DNA of 62,540 nt, counting the filler, from Choristocarpus tenellus KU-1152 (lineage: Eukaryota > Protista > Phaeophyceae): the NCBI GenBank assembly GCA_964200185.2. It is 12 parts of 12 records of this genome, joined end to end, with 100 filler letters (N's around TTAATTAATTAA, not from the genome) between each part and the next. Parts side by side here need not be neighbours in the genome. Positions count along the whole stretch, not along the records: positions 16,936 to 25,141 come from CAXNAD020004999.1; positions 25,242 to 32,018 come from CAXNAD020007371.1; positions 32,119 to 36,577 come from CAXNAD020014449.1; 9 more parts are not named here. One strand, written 5' to 3'. The first letter of the stretch is position 1. Every line of letters starts with the position of its first letter. The notes beneath the pieces are model-generated. The model worked only from the letters and a program-made list of their open reading frames with translations, made no database searches and was not told where the DNA came from. Made by a program: the position numbers and the translations under genes. Shown here one piece after another: positions 22,101-34,746 of the stretch.

Positions 22101-24781
22101 CTTGGTACACACCATGCATTGTTTTATTCTTTTATCCTGCTAATCCCTTCTTTGCTTGGGAATAGGGTGGGCACACGAGGAAATCATGCTGTTATTCCTA
22201 GAGATCGCATGAGTTTTTGTAGGTCACTGCAATGTGTGAGTATGCTGAAGTTTTTGAGTTTGCTATTCACTTCCAATATTATGGAGGTTGTGGAAGTTGG
22301 AGGGGGGTCGGACACACAAGTTGTGGCTACATCTACTACTACCATGCAATATAAGTAAGTACTTGTGAGATAGGGTAAACTTTTGTCACAGACGGGCTAA
22401 TGCAACAGGTAAATCACAGTCCAAGTATGTTTTTTCCCACAGTATCACCACCAAAGAGTGATACAATACTGACATGCGCATAGAGAAGCTGGTGCCTTCC
22501 TGTAAATATATTTCGTTGTGTCCAGTGAGTGAGTGGAAGGCTCACTGAAATTCGTTGATCAAGAACAAGTGAGCGGCCTATTTGGATATCTATGCAGATA
22601 CTTCGTTGTTCCACTTTTATGTGTCCTTGTGCCGTGTTTGGAGAAATGGAAATTTTGGTGCTACAGTTGTCTCATTGAAAAATGGACAAAACCCTCTCAG
22701 CTCTTATCATTCTGCAGATTAGGAACAACATAGCTAAGCAGGCTTTCTACACATCGATACTGTGAGATAACTATCTGGATAGTGGCACAATTTTGACATC
22801 ATGTTTCCTATTTCTTTTCCAGACATGAGGACACGCATAAAGTTGGAACACCAAAGGTGTTGCGCAGGCACTCTATATTGCTACGCCAATAATTGTGTCA
22901 TGAGTTAAAGTAAGCGAGAGGTATCCAGAGTTGCATTACAAGGATGCTGGCAAATACGTCCAAAATTATAATTTTTTATGAAAGTGTATAGGATACTTTC
23001 CGAATTATGTCGAACATTTTCAAACAATAGAGAAATCAACCCTCTCAAGTTAAACTTAGCACTTCATCCATAGAAATACCGGTGAATCTCAAAAGTTTGA
23101 AACTGGCTTAGAATACAAAATGACCAAAGCGTGGGTACTCTTGCTTACCTTGATTCCATATTGTTCATGTATATATCCTACTTCCCTTGTGCGATAGTGT
23201 GGTGTTCTGTGCGCTGCTTTCCTCAACAGTTTGTACCACTGCTTGATACGACCTTATTTTCCTAGTTAATTGCTCATAAACTGAGGTGCCATGGCTATTT
23301 TCATGTGAGCTTCCAGCATGTAAGTATGTTGCTACTACCTGGCTCAATCTTGCTTCGTTTTTACAGGAGATACCACAGAACATCTCAGACTCCAACCGCC
23401 CCATCATGACCAACTCCTCTCATTCTGGTAGGATGAAGATGGAGATTTTGTATACAAGTGTAGCCACCCCTCGCTCCTGCCAAGGAGAAATACGGCAAAG
23501 GTTCGTGATGCAGGAATACGCAGAAATTCTTGCACAGGCTTGTTTCGGACAAGAGACGCTTTATTTTCTCTGAGTGCATGGTGAGATTGCCGCACCCGAA
23601 AGAGAAAGAGGGAAACAATTCCTTGGACATCTCTCACCACTTTCTTCAACATATAAATATTAGCTGTTGATATTGCTTTCATTGATAGAACCCGAAACTT
23701 CAATCTCACATTTAGGTCAAATTGAAATACTCTAACCAAGTACATCAACAGTTGATCTGTGATTGACTCCTGCACAGAGAACATACAAAACACTTCATTT
23801 TTCTTGTGAAGTATTAAAAAAGTGCATTAATCAATGTGAATGAATGCATCAATAACCGTTGTAGTGCTTATATATTATTTTATAGTAGTGAGGTTGATTA
23901 TCAGTTACGAAGTACCTCAGCGTATAACATTTATTGTATCATCAACACACCCAGGATAATTTCGAAGTTAGTTTGTGTGGTGGTTGTGGTGTTTGTTCTT
24001 CCCCAGTCTTGCAAGAAAATAGGCTTTGCTTCTGTTTTGCCTTTCAGCCTGCTTTACCAATGCGCTATCTTCTTCTGCCTGTTCGTAATTTCCTCTCTAG
24101 GAAGTCTTCTTCCAATATTTTACTTCGAAGTATATGCAAGTACAAGGACACGGCTGGCTGTTCCTCTTCTTCAGCGCTAGATAATATGCAGTGTTTATAT
24201 GTGCTTCTCCAATTAAATACTTCGAATAATATATGGCGTAATTCAAAGTGATGCACAGAATCATACACATTTCGGAGAAAGTGACCAGTGCTTTGGTGTC
24301 AAGAACTAAGTTAAATGCATGCTAACTGAATAGCATCTTCGAAAAATAGGGAACTGTTTTATCGCATGTCTTTGGTCACATTTTAGTCAAATGCCATGCT
24401 GTTTCTAGGAAATAATTGGAGATTTTAGTAGTGCAACTTGTAGGGATTTGTGGTTCGAATTGTGCTCATGATGTTGAGATAATGGCTACAGGGGATACAA
24501 TATAGGGTGATGGTTGCAAAATCTACCTTGTGCTGCACATTTTACAGTGTTTATTTGTGTTTAAGAAGGGACAATGCTTGCGTAACTCTTCCAGTCAAGA
24601 TATAATGTCCATTGGTGTTAATTTATGCGTGATAAACATCTTCTCAATACTCTTCCACCTAATCTTCTACTTCCTTGACGCAAGTCACTCCGCATAACTG
24701 CTCCTTGATCGTGGGATAAGATGAGAGGTAATACGTTCCACGGTATACTCTTAGAAACAAAAATGATCCTGTACTATCATT

Positions 24782-25036
24782 GAGCGAAAGTATCTTAGAG
24801 GGTAGGATTTTTTCCAATTTTGTCCGTTTGGGGCTTGGCTTCGCACATGTGTTTTATGACATTTTGCTGCTTCGAAATGTTTTAGAGTAGGTAAAATGTG
24901 TACGTTATGACAAGGTGTCCGAAACAAGGATATTGACGCTTCCTAACAAATATACGGTAGGCAAAAATTACATCAAAGCACAACATTGGATTTATGACTC
25001 CAAACGGACATGGTTCTACCCTCTAATATACTATCG
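24782..25036 (-). mobile_element. MITE family B, diverged copy
   Basis: GAGCGAAAGTATCTTAGAGGGTA...CTACCCTCTAATATACT. Confidence 0.85.
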
Positions 25037-28000
25037 ATGATGTGTTACAAGGAGAAGTGTTAACGGCCTTACTCATTGATACTATACGTCCGCCAGCAAT
25101 GGTGTAGCTGCTGCTGCAGCTGAGGTGAGAAAGCGCACCCANNNNNNNNNNNNNNNNNNNNNNNNNNNNNNNNNNNNNNNNNNNNTTAATTAATTAANNN
25201 NNNNNNNNNNNNNNNNNNNNNNNNNNNNNNNNNNNNNNNNNATAAACGTTGTGTAGAGCCCAACTGAACTATACGGAAACATATATCAGGCTCTACCTTT
25301 CCTCCATTACTCCACCAATGGTGTCTATAGTGTACCAGCAGCACTATCTACGAACATGTGCACCTCTGTCCATCTTAGTTGTGATAGTGTGATCTTATCG
25401 AATAGTGTTTTCAATTGACTGTCAACAGGTGCACTAGTCGTAGTGGTTGTGTGTGTGAGATGGTTCACTAGGAAAGTCCTGTAACAGAGGGAGTGAGACA
25501 TGCAGATGACATGAAGTTGAGCGGTTTCAATGTTGATTTTTGTTATTGTATTTTCATTATGTGCTAAGGCATATGCCTGCCTACAACTGTCTCACATCTT
25601 CAATTTTATGAGCAGGCACACTTGACCCCTCTCCCAGATTTGGTATTGAGTCAAAGTAACTGAGAGGGGTGTTGGTTTTGACTGTTTTGATATTCAAAGG
25701 GCTTTTCAAGTCTGTTGAAAGAAGACTCAGACATTCGAAAAATGGCGATGATAAAGATGAGTTGTTTCTGCAAAGTGATTGTACTCACAAAATAGACAAA
25801 AAGCACTACACAGTGTCAATTGTGTGTTCCAAAAGCAAATTCCAGCAGAAAACCAGAGGGGCCCTTAAAACCCAGTGCCATTACACTCTCAGTGACTTTC
25901 ACTTTATCAGAAAGAAACAGATACACAACTAAACGCAGACAGCCAGGACCTGTATGTTGTAATAGTTTCTACAGGCCACCAGCAGAACCAGTGATGAGCT
26001 GCCTGGGACCCGCCATTGCAGCATCTGCTATTGCAGGCCCCACCCAATTGACCATTCTGAACCTTCTGGATCTTGATCTCAAGAGGGGGTCATTCCCTGG
26101 ACTCATGATCACAGTCCTCGCAAGAGGCAAGGACTATATCAAACTCGACCCTGTTGAGATGGGTAGTGTCAGTACTGTTGCTGTCATGGACACCACAGTT
26201 CTTCTGGTGTGTACCTGTGAGGCCATAGGCACCGACCTTGTGTTCTTCCAAGGCTACACCAGGCTCCTCAACTTGAAGGTGGCACAAGTGTTGAAGACCA
26301 CCCATATTATACAGCTCCTCGCTAGAAGTGTTTTTTCAAGGCTCAGAGCCAGGAACACCTCTATATATCCAGTAACAACCTGCATGTCCTTCCTGTTTCA
26401 CCCACTAAAAACGCTGTGCCTCCACCAGACCCAGCTAGAACTCCACCATCACCTCCTCACCCTCACAATACCCTTATTGAGCAGAACAAGTCCTTGGGTG
26501 ATGAGGAATGTAGCCCCCCCAAGCGCACGAAGAAAGCGGATTTATCTCTGCGATTGCTCACCCCACAACGCCAGTAACTCCTCCCTTAGCAATTGGTCAA
26601 AACTCGCCACACATCTCACTGCCTCTAAGCATATGCCCGTCTTTCATCACAGAAAGCATGGCAGTCAATCACCCATTTCGATTCATGCCCCATTTTTTAA
26701 CTTCTTTGTAGCTAGTTTATGCCTGCCATCTGGCTGCTGATTTATCACACTGATCACGGTTTGTCGTGTCTCAGCTGCTTTATTTCGTCATCTGCAATAC
26801 CCTACCACCCACTACTGGTTTTCATTGCATTGGTTTATGTAACCAGTGCTTACTGCTTACCCCAGTTGCACAATTATTCTAGCTACAAAAACCCACCAAG
26901 TTTTGAAGGGTATCTTATTTACCACGGGTTTTATTTTCCACACCACCTACACTCTGCCTTCTGTAGCTTCCACACAGCTAGGGAAGTAAACATAGAATTG
27001 ATAGAGTCGGCGGAGCAGTTTGTCTGTGAAGGAAACCAATGACAACATGGAGATTTAGGTATATGTTTTCATCGGTATATCTGTATGTTTGCAGTTCAAA
27101 TTACATTATCTTGCCAGTGCGCCATTCCCCCATAATCTGGTTTGTGGGAATCTCCGATTTATGTTTGCCGAGTTTTGACCGTATTTACTTCCCAGCACAC
27201 ACCAGAGGTTTAATCTTGGTGCATTTTTGACATTTGAGACATCAAGTTTCCACTTGCTATAGGTTTCGATCTGCCTCTGCAGGTATAATTTTCTGTCCTT
27301 ATAATAGGCTTGGTTGATGTAGTGTATCTGACTTTTTCCTGTGCCATAGCCTTTGCCTCAGAATTTCCTTACCATAGAGTTCCCTTTGAGACATTTAAGG
27401 CAGATTTTACCGAGTTGCTTCATTTGTTGTTCCAGACTTTAGCTGTTGACAGCATATCTAACTCCCATGCAATGTAATCAAGCCTCCTAGATATCCAGGG
27501 ACCCAAACATGCATGCGCAGTTCTACCTAGTCCACGCTTTATAGATTATTCCCGCTTAGACAACTGCACACTGCAAGGTTTGTATGTTCACTTACTTAAT
27601 GTATGAAAAAGCATAACAGACACTGCATTCATGCTGGAAAGGTCCAGGATGTATGTCATCTAATTACATACCTTGTAGGTAGGCAGGGTCACAAAGATAC
27701 ACGTTCAATCTGTATTTCCTCACAACCTGACCTGCTGAGTCAACAGCTGGTGTGCCTCACATTCTGTTCTCTCCTCCTCTCGCTTGTTGATGCCTTGAAG
27801 GTCTGTTCCCCTGCTATTCCCCCCCCCCCCCCCCCCCACCCCTCGTTCATATGCCTCTGTTGGCTACCTAAGTACACGCAGTCGTCCTTCTATACTTNNN
27901 NNNNNNNGTGTGCCCCACATTCCTTCCCCTCCTCCCCCCCCTTGTTTCTGCCTTGAAGGTCTGTTCCCCTGCTATTCCCCCCCCCCCCCTCCCGAATGCT

Positions 28001-31000
28001 GAATGCATGGGCATGTTTGTCAAACATTGAGATACCACTGTTCTACTCGTGCAGACAGCCACACAATTCTCCTCGATCAGTCTTTTTTTCAATCTGTGCG
28101 TTTTCCCTTTCCTGGAACCCTCCTCTAACTCTGTCCTTCTGCTGTAGGGATTTAGGAAATCGGTTGCGACTGTCTGCCCCAATGGAACAGTGTATCTGTT
28201 GTTTGACAAGAAACAGCAATTGTGGGATCAAATTCCATCTTCACTGTTTTCCTGACTCCCTACAGCAGGAGAATGATAGGGCAACAGAAAAGATCCAGAA
28301 AACAGGCTCAACGGAAACACAAAGATTGAAATGAATGCTGGGGAGAACATGTTGATGGCCCATGGATTATGTTGGATAGCTTCCGAGCCTGTATTTGTCA
28401 AATATTGAGATGTCCTTGATAACTTGATATTTTACGGTTGGAATAATTGTGAAAACAGGGCAAGCAAGAACCATTCAATGGGAAATGGCTGTGAGTGGTA
28501 GAGAGCTAAAATGCTTTTATTGGCGTCTGTGCCTCCTTTCTCGACTTTGAAATAATCTCTGTTTAGAATGAGGATTTCCAAGTGTGGAGACTGTGCCCCA
28601 ACCAGTGCCCACTACTACTGCAGTTGTGAAAAAGACCATGCCTAGGTGAATGGAGATCATATTTCATTTCGAAAAAAGTGAGAATCTGTCATCAGCGGTC
28701 TCACCCTTGTCTCTATTTCAATGCAATGGTCATCGGTCAGTCCCGGTCAATATTGCACCTTTGATGGCTTACTTTGACACATTTTTTTCGTGCTTGTTGT
28801 CACCAGGTTGCAGTGCTGAATCAATGCTGGAGGTTGCACCCAAAATTCATTGTTCAGCTTGTGGACCACGCACGATACCTCACGAGACTTGAGATCTTTG
28901 GTGAGCATGGGGGAAAAAAAATGGTACGGAGAAGGTGCTTTTTGGTATCATAACTGTGGTATGAATCAGAGCGGGATTGTTTTGAGTGTAACTCTTGCTA
29001 TTGGACTGAGGTTAATCTGAGAAAATCGCATATTTGAGACCCTTCGATCGTTGTGTTGATGGGGTTCAGGTCGACCAGCATGTGGTTAGTGAGAGATTAC
29101 GACTCAGTGTGGTTGACTTTGATGTGCTGATCCCACAGTGTACTAATTCTGATGTTTTGTAGTCTGTGGGTTGTAATGCGCACACTTTTGTGAAATCATC
29201 CCAGTTAATTTCTCTGAGAATGCATCTGATAGTCTGTTGATTTTCTTTCACTCTTTTTTCTATTTAGACTGCTCCAGCAATAGCTGCCAAAATATCAGAA
29301 TGCACATCATGCATTATCCCCTCAACTGCAGAATCAAACAATCTTTTAACTTGGATCCTATAAAAATTTACCTCTCCATTTTCTTACACGATGTTGTATA
29401 ATGTGTACGGAAAGGTGCTGGACAGCACCTAGGTGGGATGGGGAAGAAAGAGTGGTCTGGAGGTAAAAAAGATGCAAGGTAAGTGCTCATACTTCAAGTT
29501 CCATTGGAATGCCCATCCGAATTATTTTTCCTCGCTTTCATTCCTAACTCCTCTTAAGACAAAACCCCTGCCTTTATTTATCCTCCTACTTCTTTGGTGA
29601 GGAAGCTGTTGCAACTGCTTGATTGGAAACTGTCAACAGCATTTCATTTCGTTTGTTTCTGGATACTCCCTACCTTCATTTGAAGCATGGTGGTAAAAAC
29701 TTTTTGCAATCACACCTTGATATCCCATAGACCCCGTCAGAAGTGAGTGTGTTCTGTTCTCTCAACGGTCGGCAGGGAGAGTAAATAAGCGCTTTACATG
29801 TTATTGAGAGGTAATAAAAAAAGTGGAATTGGATCTGGACACATCGTAGCCTTCACCCATCTCGATGTGGTAAACATTGGCTCTTCTAGATTCACTTGTC
29901 ACATTCTAGTTTGGTTTTTGCTTCCAAATGGCTCTACTTGTAGTGATGTAGAGCCCAAATGAGGCTGAGGTGTAGACAATGGATAATGCGCAGCTTGCAT
30001 GCATATCCCCTCGCCTTTGAGGCATTCGTAGCTTTTGAGGTACGCATACCTTGAAAATGACTGTCTAACGATATTATTGTTATTTCTGAGTCTCACATTT
30101 GAAAAACGTTATTTACAAAAAACTTTGCGGCCCAGACACTTGAGACACAGGGAGTAATATATATATATATGCATATTTGCTACCTTTTACACTTGGGTAC
30201 CTGCTACTACTATCTCTGCCTTTAGAGGCAATTCTATTGGAATGTTTCCAAGAAAGCTCTCCTGATGATGAAAAGGGGTTGGCCTTGTACTTCTGACAAA
30301 TAGTTGCACCCCACTCTGACTCCATCAAACAGCCGAGTTGACTACGGTCGAGTCAACATCAAGACTACAAATCTCCTCAAGAGTCTTGAGAAGGGAAGAC
30401 CAAAACTCACGGTAGCCAGGTCAGTGTCATGATATTTCTCAACTTCTATCGGGCAGGCATGTCAAGTTATACTGCCATCCTCATGTTCGGTTCAATCACC
30501 TCGAAGCAGTACCATTCTCCTTTGTAACAATCAGTCTTGAACTCTCAAGAGGAAACGTTAAGTACCACTTCTTAGTTGTTCTTCCTTGGAACTTTTGTGT
30601 TCGATAGGTTAGTATTTCCCATACCAATGTACTTACGTTGCTAATTTGTTCACTTCCCACTCTAACTATGGGCTTCCCCTTCACTTGGTTCAGAAAGCAT
30701 TGCAATAGAGACAGGGATAGGGATGCCCGAACAGTACTTGAATTACGCTATATTTGACACAGATGGACTAAGTTTTAAATATTTTATGCCAATCGCATAC
30801 ATTGGTGGGTAAATGTCAGCTTCATGGAAGAACATTGATGAGCAAAGAAGTAAGTGCATGCAACAAAACGGCACTACTCTTCTCAGATCAATGATATGGG
30901 GAACTCTACATTTTTTTATCTATTACTTACAAAGGAGAGGCATTGCTCTTTTTTTGCCTCGCAGGATCTTTTTGATATGCATGGTAGAGTGAAATTAGGG

Positions 31001-31812
31001 GAATAACACTTAGCTATAAAAGTTATTATATGGACAATAAAGCAGACTACCTTTGTTCCTGTGTGCTCGTTACTTTGTATACTTTCAAACTCGTGGCTTG
31101 TGCTTGTTCTCCCGACTCTGTCCAGGACGAAGAAGGAAGTGGCGTGAGAAGGTAATGAGTTCCTTGCACAGTGTGTCGCTGAACAGGTGGATCTTCTGGC
31201 TGGCCTGATAGGGACTGTTTCTTTTCCATATGTGCACGTTGTATCCCCACCATCCCTTTCTAAAACTAGATCATGTCTATCGTCCTTCCTTCGCTAGGAA
31301 GAGGTTACTTTTATATTCCATGCATGAGTGTCATCTTGTCGAACCAGTGGTTAGTAGTTAGAGGTAGCTGAGCAGAGAGAGGGATAGATGGAAGAACTGT
31401 GACTGAAGAAAGCTGAATTGAGGCAAAAGAAAACTAATTCTGCCACACAGCAATGAAAGCTCATTCATAGGGTGTACCTATCCGTTCCACACAACACCAG
31501 CACCCGTACGTATACGTGAAGTTCCTTGAAGAAAGGAACAGATCCAAGATTCACCAACGGGGCTTCTACTCACTTGAATAGTACAAGTTGGGAGCACAAA
31601 GAAAAGGAAGCGCAGAGAGAATCGAGCTGTGCAAAGGCACATCCCTTATCTATTTTGATTCCAGCAGGATTACCAACGAGTTGTGGCTGTAGCAAATTTT
31701 ATGTGATTCCAAGTATCATCCATGACGTTTTTGTCTTTGTGAATTCTGTGCAATATAGGATAGGCAGTCTATAGGGATTTATATATTTAGTGAACAGAGG
31801 TATACGACAGAA

Positions 31813-31890
31813 GTATTGACTTAGTAGAGTAAGGTTCTAGGATTTGATTTGATGTGCGTCGAGTTGTAGGTTCGAGTCTCGATGGGTTGA
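31813..31890 (+). repeat. Degenerate tRNA-like/SINE head
   Basis: A-box-like TGACTTAGTAGAG and B-box GGTTCGAGTC (31869-31878); no intact cloverleaf. Confidence 0.35.
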
Positions 31891-32118
31891 TTTCCTATTC
31901 TGATCAATATAAGTGGCTGACGTAGTGTGACTGACACAGATACATTTTGACGCGTCTGATGACATGCGCAATAGATAATAATATAAGGAAGAGCACCCCA
32001 CCACCAAGGGCTGTGCTCNNNNNNNNNNNNNNNNNNNNNNNNNNNNNNNNNNNNNNNNNNNNTTAATTAATTAANNNNNNNNNNNNNNNNNNNNNNNNNN
32101 NNNNNNNNNNNNNNNNNN

Positions 32119-32290
32119 GTGAAGTAACTGATAGATTAGTGGTTTCCACACTTACAATGTTTTATAGTGTTCTTATGTTTAGGATATTTTATTTCTTTAG
32201 GGCTAATAACGACATATGTATAGTTTTCATTGGTTTCCCCCCTGACACATCTATCTGCAAAATGCCAGAGGGCATAATAATGAAATACAT
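32119..32290 (+). repeat. Family E repeat variant, partial
   Basis: Ends TTGGTTTCCCCCCTGACAC...ATGCCAGAGGGCATAATAA; homolog of reverse copy 58790-58945. Confidence 0.75.
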
Positions 32291-32324
32291 ATTATCTGTA
32301 AAATGTGAGAGGGTACAATAATTC

Positions 32325-32558
32325 CTTACTTACCTCCTCGCCCTGTGGCGTACGGTTAAGCTAGGTCGGAGACATTGATTGGAGGGGAGAGGTGTAGCAT
32401 GCCTGGCACTCAAATAGTAAACAGATGATAGAAAAATATATTTCACATTTGCGAGAACTGTTACTTCTACAGGGATTCTCATGATATTGAATTGTCTTTT
32501 AATTGGTTTTACCCCTGACGTCTCCAAAATGTTAGAGGACAAAATAAATATATATTTA
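32325..32558 (+). repeat. Family E repeat
   Basis: CCTCGCCCTGTGGCGTACGGTTAAGCTAGG ... CCCTGACGTCTCCAAAATGTTAGAGG + AT tail. Confidence 0.8.
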
Positions 32559-32859
32559 GTCGAAACGGGTAGAAACTCGTACACAGCTTATTGAGACTGA
32601 AGTGGAGTGAGAAGATCCACAAGAGGGATGGGAGAGGGACAAGGAAGGTCGGTAAGCAACCCTCAGAAGGTCGCTCAGAAAAGGAGTGAACGAGGGAAGT
32701 GAATGAGGGAAGTGAATGAGGGGGGCATTGTAAGCTCCACTCAACAACCCGATATTGATCTTATTAAGAAGCAATAATGGCGTTGCATTATTGGCAGGTA
32801 TACTTTCTAAAGGAAGGGCATTTTTATGTACCCTGGCAGGAAGGTGACTATCATTAATA

Positions 32860-33112
32860 ACGATACTAACCGTTGTAGTATAGCTGGTACCCGAACAGCA
32901 AATAGGTTGTGGAGAGATGTTTTTCACATTTACGACAACTACCGTTACTTTTACAAGGACCCTTATTATATTAGTTCCACTTTTAATAAATTCTTTCAGA
33001 TTTACAACAACTACTGTTTTTTTTACAAGGGGTTCTTATTATGATTTGAATTAACGTTTAATTGGTTTTTCTCCTGACACATCTGGAAAATGTGAGAGGG
33101 CATAATATATAA
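32860..33112 (+). repeat. Family E repeat, 5'-truncated with internal duplication
   Basis: Duplicated TTTACRACAACTAC...TTTTACAAGG; 3' CCTGACACATCTGGAAAATGTGAGAGGGCATAAT. Confidence 0.75.
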
Positions 33113-33332
33113 CAACGAACAAAATAATGGCAGTGTCAAAATATCAACGATAATTATTTTAGGTATTTATTATAACTTCCATCGTGGCAAACACTTCAAG
33201 GTTCCTCGGTGCAATTTCACTTCTTAAGGTATACCTTCAGGCTCAACATGTATTACAAAGTAACTTCAGTGCCATCATCATGACGATTCGTTATTTAAAA
33301 AATGCTACATAGACAGTAGACATCACTTACCA

Positions 33333-33517
33333 GATCTAAAGTATCTGGGGAGGGGGGGGAGGGGGGCGTATACACCAGGGTGTCCATTTGGGTCAAAATA
33401 AGGAAAAGTACACTTACATTATCTATCCGACGTAACCAACCAAATCACTCAAAATCGCGACATGAAAAAATTGACCCCAAATGGACTGCCGCCACCTCCC
33501 CCCAGATACTTTGAGCT
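33333..33517 (-). mobile_element. MITE family A, full copy
   Basis: TIRs; perfect 4-bp TSD ACCA. Confidence 0.92.
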
Positions 33518-33549
33518 ACCAATAGTTGTGGTAATCGCATGTCTCAGTT

Positions 33550-33670
33550 AAAACAGGAGTCTTTGAGGTCACAGTCAGTGTCCTATTGAAACCCAGAAGG
33601 GACTTTTCCTAGAAATATTTTTTTTGGCGGTTCAATCCTGCGAGACAGAAATGGATTTTATCACGAGTAG
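33550..33670 (+). repeat. Dispersed repeat family H
   Basis: Similar to 50550-50670 (GGGA..TTTCCTAGAAAT..TTTTTTTGG...CTGCGAGAC). Confidence 0.55.
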
Positions 33671-33896
33671 TACAGGCCAAACGATAATTGTAGTAGGTAC
33701 TATTTGTGGAACTCTTAGACATGAACGGTGCTTGCTCCTTGGTTCATCATCTTGTCCCACTAGATTACTAAATTGACTCCTCAATATATCTATCATTGTT
33801 CTTGTTGAGAAATAAAAGAGTTAGCTCTAAATACAGCGTACAACATCATCACACACAGTAGATGCCCACCTAATTTTTCCAGATGTAGTCTGAAAG

Positions 33897-34154
33897 GGGT
33901 CAAAGTATTTAGGAGGGTAGGGCCACATCCGTTTAAGGGTCATAAATCCAATGATGTGATTTTGATTAATTTTGGCTATCGTGTTTGTTAGCAAGTGTCA
34001 ATATCCTTGCAATGGATACACCTTTCATAGTCGTATACATTCCAGGTAACAGTGTTCACACAGAAAACCGAAAAATGGCATTAAAAAACCGTAGGAAACC
34101 AAGCCCCCAACAGACAAACGGGGCAAAACTCCTACCCTCTGACATGCTTCATTC
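33897..34154 (+). mobile_element. MITE family B, subfamily B2
   Basis: B architecture with variant core GGTAAC..GTTCACACAGAAAACCGA shared with 57681-57938. Confidence 0.85.
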
Positions 34155-34262
34155 AGGTCTCAAGTCAATCTCACCGCTTAACGATAGAAATATGGGTGAA
34201 TTGCAGAAGATGAAAAAGTGACTTAAAATGAAAAGCGACCACATTGTGGGTACCTCTCGTTT

Positions 34263-34423
34263 GACCCAAAGTATCTGGGGGGGGTCTACACCAGGGTGTG
34301 TCCATTTGGACCATACCAGGAAAGGGGCACTTACATTACCCATCTGATGCATACAACCAGATCACACAAAAATCGCGACGTGAAAAAATTGGACAGCCAC
34401 CACCCCCCCCCCCAGATTGAGCC
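34263..34423 (-). mobile_element. MITE family A with small internal deletions
   Basis: GACCCAAAGTATCT...GAGCC; 4-bp TSD GTTT. Confidence 0.9.
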
Positions 34424-34569
34424 GTTTACTTCAGCTCTGTACTAATCCTCTCATTGTATGTCACACCTGCTGTCCTTCGCAGGTTACACCCTATATCATC
34501 ATCGGTTTCACTCACAACCACACTTATTTCTTTTGCTTGTGGTATGTACGTTTGCTCTTTGAGGGGAAT

Positions 34570-34746
34570 GGCTCAAAGTATCAGGGGGAGGAGGTGGCGG
34601 CTGTCCATTTAGGGTCAATTTTTTCATTGCGCAATTATTGGGTGATTTGGTTGCATACGTCAGATAGATAATTTAAATGCACTTTTCCTTATTTTGACCC
34701 AAAATAAACACCATGGTGTAGACCCCCCCCCCAGATACTTTAGGTT
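34570..34746 (+). mobile_element. MITE family A, full copy
   Basis: TIRs; 4-bp TSD GAAT. Confidence 0.92.

Noticed and set aside
20360-24300. Several coding-like decayed stretches
   Set aside because: Multiple stops and no identifiable homology or splice-consistent model
25820-26740. 306-aa ORF
   Set aside because: No domain, ambiguous strand and no consistent exon boundaries
27795-27995. Direct repeat around a 10-N gap
   Set aside because: Likely a scaffolding overlap artefact at a poly-C tract
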